The notes under the pieces were generated by a model. The model searched no databases. It saw only the letters and a program-made list of their open reading frames with translations, and had not been told where the DNA came from. Below are positions 16,503 through 27,309 of a stretch of 64,000 nucleotides of DNA, piece after piece. Location of the stretch: the IMG/VR virus record IMGVR_UViG_3300008108_000135; one strand, given 5' to 3'. A program made the translations under genes and the position numbers. The DNA is from an uncultured virus (IMG/VR IMGVR_UViG_3300008108_000135) (lineage: Duplodnaviria; Heunggongvirae; Uroviricota; Caudoviricetes). Each line of letters opens with the position of its first letter. Position 1 is the first letter of the stretch.

Positions 16503-17288
16503 TTAAAAACTTGTCATATAGATTCTTAATACTCTACTTGCCAAATCTTTAATATGTCTATTAGCCAATCTTAATATTTTACTTTGTTCCATAGAATCCT
16601 CGTCTTCATCATCACCTAATTTTTCTGAATCAATTTTGTACTTATCTTCAATTAGATTCATTGTGACCATAATCATTATATTTCTAGCATCATCTGCCAT
16701 ATCTAATACTTCCTCAAACGCTTCATCGTCACCTATCGTTCCATCACCATAGTGTCTATCAATATAATCTCTACCCATATATAAGAACGGAGAAGCTCCA
16801 AACATATTAACTATACCCGACTTTTTAATTAATTTTAAAAATCTAACTAATTCCAAGAGGTAATTTTTATTATTCATTTTAAAGTATTTAACGACATCGG
16901 CATTTTTAATAAAGGTATCCATATCACGGTCTTCATTTACCTTTCTTTTTTTTCTTCCTTGACAATGAGCTTTTTGAGAGAACCCTTTTGGGTTTTTACA
17001 ATCAATACTTTTTTTATATTTTTGAGACCATTTCTCTTCAATTGGGGATTTTGCTCTGTTAATTAACATCCATCTGTCTGTAGTTGAGAATAGATTATTG
17101 GTTGATATGATGTTACCAATATTTTCTTTATCACCATCATCCCAATTAACATAGTAAGCTTCAGAACCATCGTCAGGGTCTCTAAATACACCTCTAACTA
17201 CACCATAACAACCAGGGTAAGGATTGGTTTCACCTTCCATATTTAATAATCTAATTCTATCCTTTTCTTGTAATTTTGGTTTAAACAT
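16503..17288 (-). CDS. hypothetical modular protein
   Basis: Contains KWSQKYKKSIDCKNPKGFSQKAHC module flanked by xxE sites. Confidence 0.7.
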   Translation of the reverse strand: MFKPKLQEKDRIRLLNMEGETNPYPGCYGVVRGVFRDPDDGSEAYYVNWDDGDKENIGNIISTNNLFSTTDRWMLINRAKSPIEEKWSQKYKKSIDCKNPKGFSQKAHCQGRKKRKVNEDRDMDTFIKNADVVKYFKMNNKNYLLELVRFLKLIKKSGIVNMFGASPFLYMGRDYIDRHYGDGTIGDDEAFEEVLDMADDARNIMIMVTMNLIEDKYKIDSEKLGDDEDEDSMEQSKILRLANRHIKDLASRVLRIYMTSF

Positions 17289-17334
17289 GATATAAAATAT
17301 TTATTAATAAATATAACAAGATATTTATATTAAT

Positions 17335-17964
17335 ATGAAAACCACAATTTTAATTACTGAAGAACAAAAAAGAAAACTTATTGTTGAGTCTCTTAATAAC
17401 GAAATAGAAGATGATGTGAAACAAAACTATAATCTTTTTAAACGAATTACAGAATTTTCTAAAGATGAGTTTTCAAACAATCTTGGATTTTTAATTACTT
17501 GGGGAGCGGGTATTGGTGGTTTTATGAAACCAGTTAATGATTTTTTATCAGGCGAGTATCCTGAATTAAGTGATAGAGATACGACATTAATTTTATTAGG
17601 TATTGTAGGAACTATTTTTATGAATAATAGAACTTTTATTGGTGATATTATTGATAAAATTAAAGAAAAAGGTTTGTTTGATGTATTTAAAATCGCACTT
17701 AATAAATCTAAAAATTTAAAGAAAACTTTTATTTCATTTTTAAAATCAATTGATATTAATGTTGGTAGTATGGTGACAATGTTATCTTACGCCTTTATGA
17801 TACCATCACTAGGTCCAATTATAAACTTAGTACAAACAGGTCAAGTTACGTATGACGATACTATGTTATTTGTTTCGTCAATCGGGATGTCAAAATTAAT
17901 TACTTTATCAGGTAAAGTTTTAAGTGAATTTTTTAAGAAACTAATTAGTAAATTACAAAATTAA
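17335..17964 (+). CDS. hypothetical membrane protein with LITEEQ leader
   Basis: ATATTTAT upstream; hydrophobic helices. Confidence 0.7.
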   Translation: MKTTILITEEQKRKLIVESLNNEIEDDVKQNYNLFKRITEFSKDEFSNNLGFLITWGAGIGGFMKPVNDFLSGEYPELSDRDTTLILLGIVGTIFMNNRTFIGDIIDKIKEKGLFDVFKIALNKSKNLKKTFISFLKSIDINVGSMVTMLSYAFMIPSLGPIINLVQTGQVTYDDTMLFVSSIGMSKLITLSGKVLSEFFKKLISKLQN

Positions 17965-18962
17965 ACGTTTTGTAACAAAGTGTTTATCACTTTTTCCTTA
18001 TCTTTATTATTTAAATGGTGAATATCTTCATGAGTTTCAAACCAATTTCTAATTGTTGCATTTAAAGGTATCCTACGAATTTTTGATAATCGTTTAAACC
18101 CTTTTAATTGTGCTTTAATTTCTTCAGGTCTTGTGTAATATTCTAATGGGTCTTCAATATCCGCATTACCCCCTAACTCAAACTCTCCCGATTTATATTG
18201 TCTGTAGTGTTCTAATTCGTGAGCAAACAAATCATTTAGTTCGCCAATAATATCGTAAAGTAATTTATTAATATTTTCATCAGGATTAACAACAACTAAA
18301 ACTTCAATAACATCTTGGTCTTTAACATAATTTCCATTAACAGCAAATCTTTTTATGTCGTCATCTTTTCTAACGGTTAACTCAACTGAAATATCTTTAA
18401 CATTCGTAAAATTATATACCATTTCATCATTAATATCTTCAGGTAAATAAAATTCACCCTCTTGATTTTTCTTTAATATAGAAACAACGTCTTTAATCAT
18501 TTTTTGAATTGGTAATCTGTGTGCCTTAGTTTCATTAATACTCTCGGTTTCTTTGAATTGTATGTCGGTTTTAGTAACCGCGATAGTCCCCTCAAACCCT
18601 ATTGCAGACATCAAATATTCCCTGATTTCTCCTTTTATTTCCCATAATGTGGGTTTTGCAACAATATCTAAAAGTCCTTCCACATTATCAGAACCCCTTA
18701 ATGCCTTTAAAAGATTTTTAAAAGTATAATCCATTTCATCATCAAAATCAAAAAGCTCAACCTCCAAAAATATGACAGGTTTCCAATCACCAGTATGAAT
18801 CATCATTTTGATGTCGTTAACTTTTTTAACTCGGTATTTGAATTCATATGTAATACCTTCTTTTCTTGGGTTAGGGAATTGATAAAAATCACCTGAATAC
18901 TGAAACACTTTTCTTTTCAGTAATCTACTAATGAATTCAATTCTATAACCGTGTTCTTGCAT
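17961..18962 (-). CDS. hypothetical protein with zincin HExxH motif
   Basis: FAHELEH...YY..PEE..A. Confidence 0.65.
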   Translation of the reverse strand: MQEHGYRIEFISRLLKRKVFQYSGDFYQFPNPRKEGITYEFKYRVKKVNDIKMMIHTGDWKPVIFLEVELFDFDDEMDYTFKNLLKALRGSDNVEGLLDIVAKPTLWEIKGEIREYLMSAIGFEGTIAVTKTDIQFKETESINETKAHRLPIQKMIKDVVSILKKNQEGEFYLPEDINDEMVYNFTNVKDISVELTVRKDDDIKRFAVNGNYVKDQDVIEVLVVVNPDENINKLLYDIIGELNDLFAHELEHYRQYKSGEFELGGNADIEDPLEYYTRPEEIKAQLKGFKRLSKIRRIPLNATIRNWFETHEDIHHLNNKDKEKVINTLLQNV

Positions 18963-19006
18963 GGGAGACTCTTTATATACTAATAAATATGTTTTATTTT
19001 TACTTT

Positions 19007-19402
19007 ATGGAAATAATAAATATACGAAAAAATAAAAAACCTGACAATGTTGCCGATAATCCAGGTTTATTACCCTATGGTTCTAATGTGGGGGCCCCAA
19101 GTATTAGTATAGAAAATGTTGACGGATGGAAGGCATCTAAATTACAAAAAGTAAATCATCAGTTTAAATCAAAATTTGAGGAAATGAAAAAAGACTATGA
19201 TTTATTAATGGAGGAATTTTTATGGAACGAGATGATTTATAACTCTAAATTTACTTTTGAGCCAGTTGTTGGTGAAATATATCACCTTTACTATGGAAAT
19301 GATGAAAGTGTTTTCTTATCATTAATTGGTCCTAACGAATGGAATAAAAAATACGTAGGGAGTTTTAAGTTAAATAGCGATAATAAATGGTTAAAAATTT
19401 AG
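19007..19402 (+). CDS. DUF2452-like protein
   Basis: LLPYGSNVGAP..FEPVVGEIYHLY..FLSLI.P.EW pattern, recognised by eye. Confidence 0.6.
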   Translation: MEIINIRKNKKPDNVADNPGLLPYGSNVGAPSISIENVDGWKASKLQKVNHQFKSKFEEMKKDYDLLMEEFLWNEMIYNSKFTFEPVVGEIYHLYYGNDESVFLSLIGPNEWNKKYVGSFKLNSDNKWLKI

Positions 19403-19404
19403 AA

Positions 19405-19827
19405 ATGGAATTATTAAACACCCACCCTATTAAAAAATCTGATTTAGGATTTCACGGAAATTTGTTTGGTGGGAAACTTTTGGCGTGGTTAGATGCATCT
19501 GCTGTGGCCTACGCAATGCAATTATGTGACACCCCTAGAATGGTTACAGTATCTATAGATAAATGCGTTTTTGAAAAACCGTCAAAAGAAGGTCAGTTAT
19601 TAAAAATATTTGGGTGGCCATCATCTATTGGAACCACATCTGTGACTTTATATATTGAGGCCAGAGCGCATAATGTTAGAACAGGAAAACAATATATTGT
19701 ATTAAAAACTCACACTAAATTTGTGTATATTGATGAAGATGGAGCGCCATTACCATTAAAAGAAAAATCAATTAAACGTATAACAACTATGATTGACTCA
19801 ATTAAAAACGAAGAAACAAAAAACTAA
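19405..19827 (+). CDS. acyl-CoA thioesterase (hotdog fold)
   Basis: DL..HGNLFGGKLLAWLD..MVTVS..G.TS motifs. Confidence 0.85.
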   Translation: MELLNTHPIKKSDLGFHGNLFGGKLLAWLDASAVAYAMQLCDTPRMVTVSIDKCVFEKPSKEGQLLKIFGWPSSIGTTSVTLYIEARAHNVRTGKQYIVLKTHTKFVYIDEDGAPLPLKEKSIKRITTMIDSIKNEETKN

Positions 19828-19828
19828 T

Positions 19829-20851
19829 ATGGAACAAAAATTTGATTTTAAAGACATTACAATTATTCCAGAATCAATTTCATCAATAAATTCAAGAAGT
19901 GAGATTAATGTTAAAGATGAAAACAATAAATTACCAATTATTGTTTCCCCAATGGATACTGTAATTGATTACGATAATCAAGAAATTTTTACTAAAAATA
20001 ATTTAGTTGTTTGTTTACCTAGAGGTGTTAAAAGTGTTGACACTAATTCGTTTTTTTCACTGTCTTTGGATGAATTTGAGTGGTACTTAGAGTTATTACC
20101 TGAAAAGACCGAACCAAAAAATATTTTGGTGGACATTGCAAATGGTCATATGGAAAAAATCCACACTTTATCTAAAAGGTTTATTGAAATGAGACCGACC
20201 GATTCTCACAAACTTATGGTTGGGAATATTGCTAATCCTGAAACATTTAAACGTTTTTGTGAGATTGGTGTTGATTATGTTAGAGTTGGCATTGGTGGTG
20301 GTAGTGGTTGTTTAACCTCAGCAAATACAGGTGTTCATTATCCGATGGCATCATTAATAAGTGAATGTTTTTGGATTAAACAATTATCTAATTACACTAC
20401 AAACATAGTTGCCGATGGTGGGTTTAGGAATTACGATGACATAATTAAAGCGATTATGTTAGGTGCCGATTATGTTATGTTAGGAGGATTATTAAATCAA
20501 ACTTTAGAGTCTTGTTCTCAAACTAAACTATTCAAAAAAATCCCAATCAGTTATAAAACTTCAGTTAAAATTTGGGATAAGTGTCCGTACCTTAGAAAAC
20601 ACATGTATAAAAATTTTAGGGGTATGTCAACCAAAGAAGTTCAAAGAAAATGGAATAGACCAGTATTAAAAACTTCTGAAGGGATATCTAAATTTAATAA
20701 GGTTGAATATAAATTAAGTTCTTGGGTTGAAAACTTTGAGGATTATCTTAAATCAGCAATGTCCTACACTAATTCAAGGACTTTATCTGAGTTTAGAGAA
20801 TCCCAATATGTTTTTATCACTGAGAATGCGTTAAAAAGGTTTTCTAAATAA
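19829..20851 (+). CDS. guaC: GMP reductase / IMPDH family protein
   Basis: SPMDTV, VDIANGH, RVGIGGGSGCLT, ADGG, GADYVMLG, FRGMS, SEG; no CBS domain. Confidence 0.8.
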   Translation: MEQKFDFKDITIIPESISSINSRSEINVKDENNKLPIIVSPMDTVIDYDNQEIFTKNNLVVCLPRGVKSVDTNSFFSLSLDEFEWYLELLPEKTEPKNILVDIANGHMEKIHTLSKRFIEMRPTDSHKLMVGNIANPETFKRFCEIGVDYVRVGIGGGSGCLTSANTGVHYPMASLISECFWIKQLSNYTTNIVADGGFRNYDDIIKAIMLGADYVMLGGLLNQTLESCSQTKLFKKIPISYKTSVKIWDKCPYLRKHMYKNFRGMSTKEVQRKWNRPVLKTSEGISKFNKVEYKLSSWVENFEDYLKSAMSYTNSRTLSEFRESQYVFITENALKRFSK

Positions 20852-21431
20852 ATTCTATGGATACTTTTAAATTACCTTGTCCTTTAATTATTCTGTGATA
20901 TACACCTTCAGGTATTATATATTTTTGGCCTTTTGTAAGACTTTTTGGTAATTCGTTATCCATTTGTATTTCCCATCCTTGACCTTCAAGGACTGTGACT
21001 AATCTATCCTCTCTATCTCTGTGCCATTTTAATTCATCAGATTCGGTATTTTCACTAAACACACGAATTTTTTTATTACCCTCATTTATTTCGTCAAATG
21101 GTAAATCATTAACTTTTGATTTTTTCTTTTTAAATAGTTTCATTAATATTAAAAATATAGTACCACCAGGTAACAAAAATATACCCGCCATACCTAATTT
21201 AGTTAAAGTTCTTTTAAATACACTCTTAAGTTCATTACCAATTTTTTCACGTTCTTCTTCACTAATTGATTCCCCACTATTAACCAATTTAATTAAATTA
21301 GAATATGCTGATTTAGCATCATCACTTGAATTTTTAAGTTCTTCTAAGAATGTTTTTTTTATTGATTCTTTGTGTTTATTGAAAAATTCTTTGACTTTAT
21401 TTTCATTTAACACGTTTAAACGTTTGTTCAT
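20844..21431 (-). CDS. hypothetical protein with C-terminal cupin-like domain
   Basis: WHRDREDR...IPEGVYHRIIKG. Confidence 0.65.
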   Translation of the reverse strand: MNKRLNVLNENKVKEFFNKHKESIKKTFLEELKNSSDDAKSAYSNLIKLVNSGESISEEEREKIGNELKSVFKRTLTKLGMAGIFLLPGGTIFLILMKLFKKKKSKVNDLPFDEINEGNKKIRVFSENTESDELKWHRDREDRLVTVLEGQGWEIQMDNELPKSLTKGQKYIIPEGVYHRIIKGQGNLKVSIEFI

Positions 21432-21432
21432 A

Positions 21433-22056
21433 TTACCAGCTTCTTGACGATTTTAAACCTAATTTTTTTCTATATCTTGACACATTACAAGACCAATATC
21501 CAGCAGTTGTTCTATCTTTCTTTTGGTCACATTTGTGTCTCGCTCTAAATGATTTTGCCCTGCCTTTACTAGCATTTTTAATTCTTAAATTTGGGTCCCC
21601 AAATGTAACTTTTTTTACTGTACCTTTTGGGGTTTTAACATAAACTGCGAATTTTTTTGGTCCGCCAGGTGTTCTAAATGGACTACCTAATTTAACTTTT
21701 TTACCACGGTGTATCGCTTCATTTAAAACATCCTCAAGGTCATTTTCATAAATAGGTGCGTCCAAATAAACCTCATCCCCATTTTCAAGGATAACTTTTT
21801 TTCCTAAATCAGATTCAACTAACCATATATCATTTTCGTTTAATGATAACAAATTTTGATTATAAAGTTCTCTAGCTTCATTAATCAAATCAAAATATTT
21901 TGATGAATATATTCTAAAAACGTTTTCACTTAAACTAACTTTATTTTCTAAATGATATTTTAACTCAGGAGAAACGTCAACACCTCTTTTTAATTTCATA
22001 GGTGGGTTTTTATATTCACGTAAAACTGATTCTATTAATAAATCTAAATTTTTCAT
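21433..22056 (-). CDS. hypothetical protein with basic C-terminal module
   Basis: PFRTPGGPKKF.VYVK..VTFGDP..RAKSFRARHKC..AGYWSC after an LNE site. Confidence 0.75.
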   Translation of the reverse strand: MKNLDLLIESVLREYKNPPMKLKRGVDVSPELKYHLENKVSLSENVFRIYSSKYFDLINEARELYNQNLLSLNENDIWLVESDLGKKVILENGDEVYLDAPIYENDLEDVLNEAIHRGKKVKLGSPFRTPGGPKKFAVYVKTPKGTVKKVTFGDPNLRIKNASKGRAKSFRARHKCDQKKDRTTAGYWSCNVSRYRKKLGLKSSRSW

Positions 22057-22097
22057 AACTTCTTTTTTATTTAAATAAATATCCCTATATTTGTGTT

Positions 22098-22490
22098 ATG
22101 AATGAAAAAGTTTTATATATCGTTAGGGGAGTACCAGGTTCAGGTAAATCAACTTTTGCAAGACAATTAACCTCAAACGTATTTGAGGCGGACCAATATT
22201 TTATTGATGAAAATGGTGAATACAAATTTGATTTTACAAAAATCAAAGACGCTCATAAAGATTGTCAAGATAATGTAAAATACGCCATGGAATCATCTAT
22301 TCCAAAAATTGCCGTGTCAAATACATTCACCCAAGAATGGGAGATGGAATATTATTTCAACATTGCTAAAGAATTTGGGTATAAAGTTTTTACAATAATT
22401 GTGGAAAATAGACACGGTGGTAAGAATGTACACAATGTTCCTGATAATATTATTGACTCAATGAAAACCCGATTTGAATTTAACCTATGA
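22098..22490 (+). CDS. P-loop kinase (AAA_33 / polynucleotide-kinase-like)
   Basis: RGVPGSGKST, EAD.YF, VSNTF, HNVP; TATATTTG promoter 22086-22093. Confidence 0.85.
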   Translation: MNEKVLYIVRGVPGSGKSTFARQLTSNVFEADQYFIDENGEYKFDFTKIKDAHKDCQDNVKYAMESSIPKIAVSNTFTQEWEMEYYFNIAKEFGYKVFTIIVENRHGGKNVHNVPDNIIDSMKTRFEFNL

Positions 22491-22696
22491 AGTACTCCCC
22501 TTTACTAGCGGCATTAATCTTATTTTTTAGAATTTTTATAGTTTTAAAACTATTACTATTGTTTTTACAAACAAGTTTATATCCTGAGAAATATGATGTT
22601 TCATCATTAACTTGGTGGATTTATTTATTGATTTTTGATATTTGGGTTTTAACCCAAATACCAGCACCTGAAGAAAAATCGGATAGTGATGAATGA
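22487..22696 (+). CDS. small membrane protein
   Basis: Overlapping ATGA start/stop; two TM segments. Confidence 0.6.
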   Translation: MKYSPLLAALILFFRIFIVLKLLLLFLQTSLYPEKYDVSSLTWWIYLLIFDIWVLTQIPAPEEKSDSDE

Positions 22697-22699
22697 TTA

Positions 22700-22918
22700 T
22701 TATTTAGAGTATTTCCGAAATAAGAAATAAAGACCAAAAAATAGTCCCGATACGCAATACAAAATTAAATTTGCATAAAATAAACTCCCTGTCGTAACAA
22801 TCAGATAATATTGAACCGCATCGAATCCAAATGGATTGAAGAACATTGCTAACATAAGGAACTTTATTGAAAGATTCCCCAAAAATATTTGTCTCCACGT
22901 CTTGATTCGATTCATCAT
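22700..22918 (-). CDS. small membrane protein
   Basis: Hydrophobic; FFNPFGFD. Confidence 0.55.
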   Translation of the reverse strand: MMNRIKTWRQIFLGNLSIKFLMLAMFFNPFGFDAVQYYLIVTTGSLFYANLILYCVSGLFFGLYFLFRKYSK

Positions 22919-23034
22919 CGTCCATATATGTTAATTTAACATTTATGTAATAAAAAATTACGAATATTAATATAAACCAAATGTTGAGTTATTTTGATTT
23001 ATATTAATATTTATCTATATAAATAACATTTAGT

Positions 23035-23541
23035 ATGAAAAAATACATAATTGACGAAAATAAACTTCGTAAAGCAATTAGACAGCATATTCTTGAGTCA
23101 GACTCAACTCAAGAACCTAATGAAGGAAAACAAAGATGCCTTACAACTAACACAGTTAGTTTGGATGAAATTGTCGGTTTAAATGATGGGTTTAAAAACT
23201 ACACTTCAAAGTTGTATAAAAGAAGTGGTGGTATTAGAGGTATGGTAGACGCTTTGGATATTTTAAGAACCATAAGATTACACCCTGATGTTACAGATGC
23301 TGGTGAACATTTATCTTACGATTTAATGAATCATCTTAACACATTTCGTGGTAAAAATTATTTAGATGAGACAACAGGTAATTGTCACAGTGCCATGGAT
23401 AAAGTACTTGAGCTTTATAAAGAAAATGAACACGGTGAAGAATTAGTGAAAGATATTGAAAAAGTTCTTTCTCATCCTGACCCATCGTCAAGAGCCAAAG
23501 AATATTTAAAAAGATGTTTACAGTTAGTAAAAGAAAAATAA
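23035..23541 (+). CDS. hypothetical protein with IIDE/ILE leader
   Basis: ATATTTAT upstream. Confidence 0.75.
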   Translation: MKKYIIDENKLRKAIRQHILESDSTQEPNEGKQRCLTTNTVSLDEIVGLNDGFKNYTSKLYKRSGGIRGMVDALDILRTIRLHPDVTDAGEHLSYDLMNHLNTFRGKNYLDETTGNCHSAMDKVLELYKENEHGEELVKDIEKVLSHPDPSSRAKEYLKRCLQLVKEK

Positions 23542-23618
23542 TCCTCTTTACAGAGGACTTTTAGGACCGTTATCGTTATGGTAACAACTAAAGGGGAGGT
23601 TCGCTACCATCCCCTTTT

Positions 23619-24137
23619 TTATTTCAGATATTTCAGGATTTTATCCTTAACACCTGACTGTTTAATTCCCTCATTATAAGGTTTGGTTGTTCTTACAAAA
23701 TTCTCAAGTGATGACAAATTCAGGTCATCAACCGCAACCCAATGAGTTACTTCAGGATGATTCTTTAAGTATTCATTGACCTCATAAACACGGATACTTT
23801 CACTAAATCCCTTCCAATGTAACATAGCGTGGCCAGTCTCATCAAAGTCTTTCATATTGGGAGTGTAATCAATAGGAGGTTTAATACCACGAGTGATGTA
23901 CATTTCTTTCATTTGGTCTAAAGTCCCGTGTAATTTCCAATCAGATGATATAACAAGTTCACACCCTGTTTCATCAATAATTTCTTTAAGAATTTTAACC
24001 GCCTTCACATCAAAATTATCCATTCGGATATCCATTGGTGTTTCAGGGTTGCTATCAAACCCTTTCTTTTTATAACGACCACCCCAATTATTTGACAAAC
24101 AAATAACTCCATCGTGGTCTAAAAATAATACTTTCAT
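23619..24137 (-). CDS. HAD-family phosphatase (Swiss-army-knife RNA repair-like)
   Basis: FLDHDGV, VISSDW, WVAVDD. Confidence 0.8.
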   Translation of the reverse strand: MKVLFLDHDGVICLSNNWGGRYKKKGFDSNPETPMDIRMDNFDVKAVKILKEIIDETGCELVISSDWKLHGTLDQMKEMYITRGIKPPIDYTPNMKDFDETGHAMLHWKGFSESIRVYEVNEYLKNHPEVTHWVAVDDLNLSSLENFVRTTKPYNEGIKQSGVKDKILKYLK

Positions 24138-24140
24138 AAC

Positions 24141-24530
24141 TTATTTATTTAACACCTCTAAACAATTTTCTTTCCAAGAAAAGTGACCAACATTAAGTGG
24201 AACACAAGAATCTTTACTTTGCATTATTAAAATTAACTCATGTTCATCGTCATCTAAATGAAATTCAAACCCTTTATCTTTTAGAAAAACAATTTTATCT
24301 ATGTGTTCTGTAAAGACAATTTTATCTTTTACTACACCTACCGACTCAGCAACTTTGTATAACTCATCATTTTGTTTTTCAATCCAATACCACCCTTTTT
24401 CTAATGCGGGTTCCGTTGAAATCCTTGAGGTAACAATCCATACATCAATTCCTTTACCAATCAATTCTTTGGCAAAGTCCTGAACATCTTTTCGGGATAA
24501 TGTCCCATCAAAATCAAAACTTACTTTCAT
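24141..24530 (-). CDS. HAD-like hydrolase
   Basis: SFDFDGTL, IVTSR, K, HLDD. Confidence 0.8.
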   Translation of the reverse strand: MKVSFDFDGTLSRKDVQDFAKELIGKGIDVWIVTSRISTEPALEKGWYWIEKQNDELYKVAESVGVVKDKIVFTEHIDKIVFLKDKGFEFHLDDDEHELILIMQSKDSCVPLNVGHFSWKENCLEVLNK

Positions 24531-24533
24531 ATC

Positions 24534-25055
24534 TTATTTAATTTCAAACGCCGCTCTCATTGGTCGTCTCGCTTTAACCGCATCTTCAGGATTTCCAATT
24601 ACGACACCATCTTTGATTGTAAAGGCATGACCTTTAACCAATACAAAGAATGTTCCTTTTGGATTCTTTTTAACAAAAGTTCCTACGGTCATTTGTCTGT
24701 TAACAATTTTATATAGTTTATCAGTACCAGTAACTTTTACTTTAACAGGATAAGATAATGAATGAGGGAGTAAAGGATTTTTTGTGGGTGTCCCAACAGG
24801 ACAAACTTTTTTACCATTTACTTTGATATTACATTCTGACAACTTAACCATCTTAGATGCCGTGAAAAAAGTACCTCTTCTTGGTTGTCTTTTAAACTCC
24901 TCAGCAACAAACTTGTGAGCGTAATCATAAGAAATCTCAAATGAAGATGCAAATGCTCTTACAACACAATCATTTGTCTCACCTTTAGCAATTGCAGATT
25001 CAGTATATCCTTTAATTGCTCGTCCTGTTGTTTCGTATGGTAGTTTGTTTTTCAT
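24534..25055 (-). CDS. hypothetical phage protein
   Basis: NDCVVRA...GHA motif; TATATTTG promoter at 25060-25067. Confidence 0.7.
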   Translation of the reverse strand: MKNKLPYETTGRAIKGYTESAIAKGETNDCVVRAFASSFEISYDYAHKFVAEEFKRQPRRGTFFTASKMVKLSECNIKVNGKKVCPVGTPTKNPLLPHSLSYPVKVKVTGTDKLYKIVNRQMTVGTFVKKNPKGTFFVLVKGHAFTIKDGVVIGNPEDAVKARRPMRAAFEIK

Positions 25056-25125
25056 ATCACAAATATACACAAAAAATCTCAAACCATAAAAGGCCTGAGA
25101 TTTTTTTCACGGGAGTTATTAACAA

Positions 25126-26997
25126 TTACTTGACTTCTTCAAATTCTACATCTGAAAAATCAGTATCATTTGTTGATTCGTTGGTTGATTCATTATTAGA
25201 ATTCTCATACAAGTTTTGAGAAACTGATTGGAATTTATTGTTTAATGTTTCCATTTTAGATTCCAAAATAGTTAACTCTTTTTTATCTACAGATTCTTTT
25301 AAACTACTGATAAGTTCTGTTAATTCATTCTTATCAGTTTCTGATATTTTTTCCTCTAAGTCTTTTAAAGACCTTTCAGATTGAAATACTGTAGAATCCG
25401 CTTTGTTAATTAATTCAACTTCTTCTCTCGCCTTTTGGTCTGATTCAGCATTTGCTTCGGCATCTGCCTTCATTTTATCAATTTCTTCTTTGGATAAACC
25501 TGATGAAGACTCAATTCTAATTGATTGAACTTTATTTGTTCCTTTATCAACTGCCGATACATTAATAATACCATTAGCGTCAATGTCAAAAGTCACTTCA
25601 ATTTGAGGGACTCCTCTTTGTGATGGTGGAATATCGGTCAATTGGAATCTACCAATAGTTTTATTGTCTTTGGCCATCGCTCTTTCACCTTGTAATACAT
25701 GAATATCAACACTTGGTTGATTGTCAACTGCTGTTGAGAATACCTGAGATTTTTTAGTTGGGATTGTTGTGTTAGATTCAATTAACTTAGTAAACACCCC
25801 ACCCATAGTCTCAATACCTAATGAAAGTGGTGTAACGTCTAATAACAAGACATCTTTAACATCTCCAGCCAATACACCTCCTTGAATTGCCGCACCTAAC
25901 GCAACAACCTCATCAGGATTAACCCCTTTTGAAGGTTCTTTACCGAAGAAGTTTTTAACCGCCTCTTGAATTGCGGGAATTCTTGTTGTCCCCCCAACCA
26001 ATATAATTTCATCAATATCAGTTGTTTTAATACCCGCATTTTTCAACGCTGTTTTACAAGGTTCAATAGTTCTTTTAACCAAATCATCAACAAGTTGTTC
26101 AAATTTAGATTTTGTTAATGTTAACACTAAATGTTTTGGGATTCCATCAACAGGAATTAAATATGGTAAATTAATTTCGGTTGATGATGATGAAGACAAC
26201 TCAATTTTTGCTTTTTCAGCAGACTCTTTCAGTCTTTGTAATGCCATTGGGTCCTGACTTGGGTCAATATTATGTTCTTTTTTAAACTCTCCAACCAAAT
26301 AATCAATAATTGCTTGGTCAAAGTCATCACCACCCAAATGAGTATCACCATCAGTAGCCATTACCTCAAAAACACCATCACCTAACTCAAGGATAGAAAC
26401 GTCATGAGTTCCACCACCACAGTCAAATACAACGACAACGGCATCTTTTGATTTTTTATCAAGTCCGTAAGCCAATGCCGCCGCGGTTGGTTCATTGATA
26501 ATTCGTCTAACTTTTAATCCCGCAATTTCACCCGCTTCTTTAGTTGCTTGACGTTGAGCATCATTAAAGTACGCAGGAACAGTAATAACCGCCTCAGTAA
26601 CTGTAGTACCCAAATAGTCCTCAGCCGTCTTTTTCATTTTCTGAAGGATAGTTGCTGAAATTTCTTGTGGTGAGTATTCCTTACCATCAATTTTAACTCT
26701 AGGTGAGTTATTTTTACCTTTAATTACGGAATACGGAACTTTACCAACTTCATCTTTAGATTCGTCGTAGGTTGACCCCATAAATCTTTTAATTGAATAA
26801 ACAGTTTTAGTTGGGTTTGTCACAGATTGTCTTTTAGCGGGGTCACCCACTTTTCTTTCCCCTTCATTCACATACCCCACAATTGATGGTGTAGTTCTTT
26901 TACCTTCACTGTTTGGGATAACAATAGGTTCATTACCTTCCATTACCGCAACACACGAATTTGTTGTACCTAAATCAATTCCAATAATTTTACTCAT
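25126..26997 (-). CDS. dnaK: chaperone DnaK (Hsp70)
   Basis: [35 protein letters not shown]; full length. Confidence 0.98.
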   Translation of the reverse strand: MSKIIGIDLGTTNSCVAVMEGNEPIVIPNSEGKRTTPSIVGYVNEGERKVGDPAKRQSVTNPTKTVYSIKRFMGSTYDESKDEVGKVPYSVIKGKNNSPRVKIDGKEYSPQEISATILQKMKKTAEDYLGTTVTEAVITVPAYFNDAQRQATKEAGEIAGLKVRRIINEPTAAALAYGLDKKSKDAVVVVFDCGGGTHDVSILELGDGVFEVMATDGDTHLGGDDFDQAIIDYLVGEFKKEHNIDPSQDPMALQRLKESAEKAKIELSSSSSTEINLPYLIPVDGIPKHLVLTLTKSKFEQLVDDLVKRTIEPCKTALKNAGIKTTDIDEIILVGGTTRIPAIQEAVKNFFGKEPSKGVNPDEVVALGAAIQGGVLAGDVKDVLLLDVTPLSLGIETMGGVFTKLIESNTTIPTKKSQVFSTAVDNQPSVDIHVLQGERAMAKDNKTIGRFQLTDIPPSQRGVPQIEVTFDIDANGIINVSAVDKGTNKVQSIRIESSSGLSKEEIDKMKADAEANAESDQKAREEVELINKADSTVFQSERSLKDLEEKISETDKNELTELISSLKESVDKKELTILESKMETLNNKFQSVSQNLYENSNNESTNESTNDTDFSDVEFEEVK

Positions 26998-27055
26998 AGT
27001 TTTTATTTTTATTTTTATTTATTTTCGTTATTTATATAATAAAAATTATACCAAA

Positions 27056-27100
27056 TGTCAAAACCTGACAAATTGTCAGTATAATTTTTTTTTGTGTCAG
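27056..27100. promoter_or_regulatory. TGACA/TGTCA inverted-repeat cluster upstream of dnaK
   Basis: TGTCA(27056) CTGACA-AAT-TGTCAG(27065-27079) TGTCAG(27095). Confidence 0.5.
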
Positions 27101-27135
27101 TATTGTTTTATTAAAAATATTATTAATTTTGTGAT

Positions 27136-27309
27136 ATGTCAAAGAAAAAGGTAGAAATAGAGCACAAAAAGTGGGAAAGAGTGTTTGAGGATGATGAAAC
27201 AATCATCACATTCAAGTATGATAGTAAAAAAAGTATGATTAATCCTTGTGAAGTTGAAATAAAATACAAGGTTGAAAGAAAAGGTGGTGTTAAGAGGAGT
27301 AAAATTTAA
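27136..27309 (+). CDS. hypothetical protein (57 aa, MSKKKVEIEH...)
   Basis: ORF read by hand. Confidence 0.55.
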   Translation: MSKKKVEIEHKKWERVFEDDETIITFKYDSKKSMINPCEVEIKYKVERKGGVKRSKI

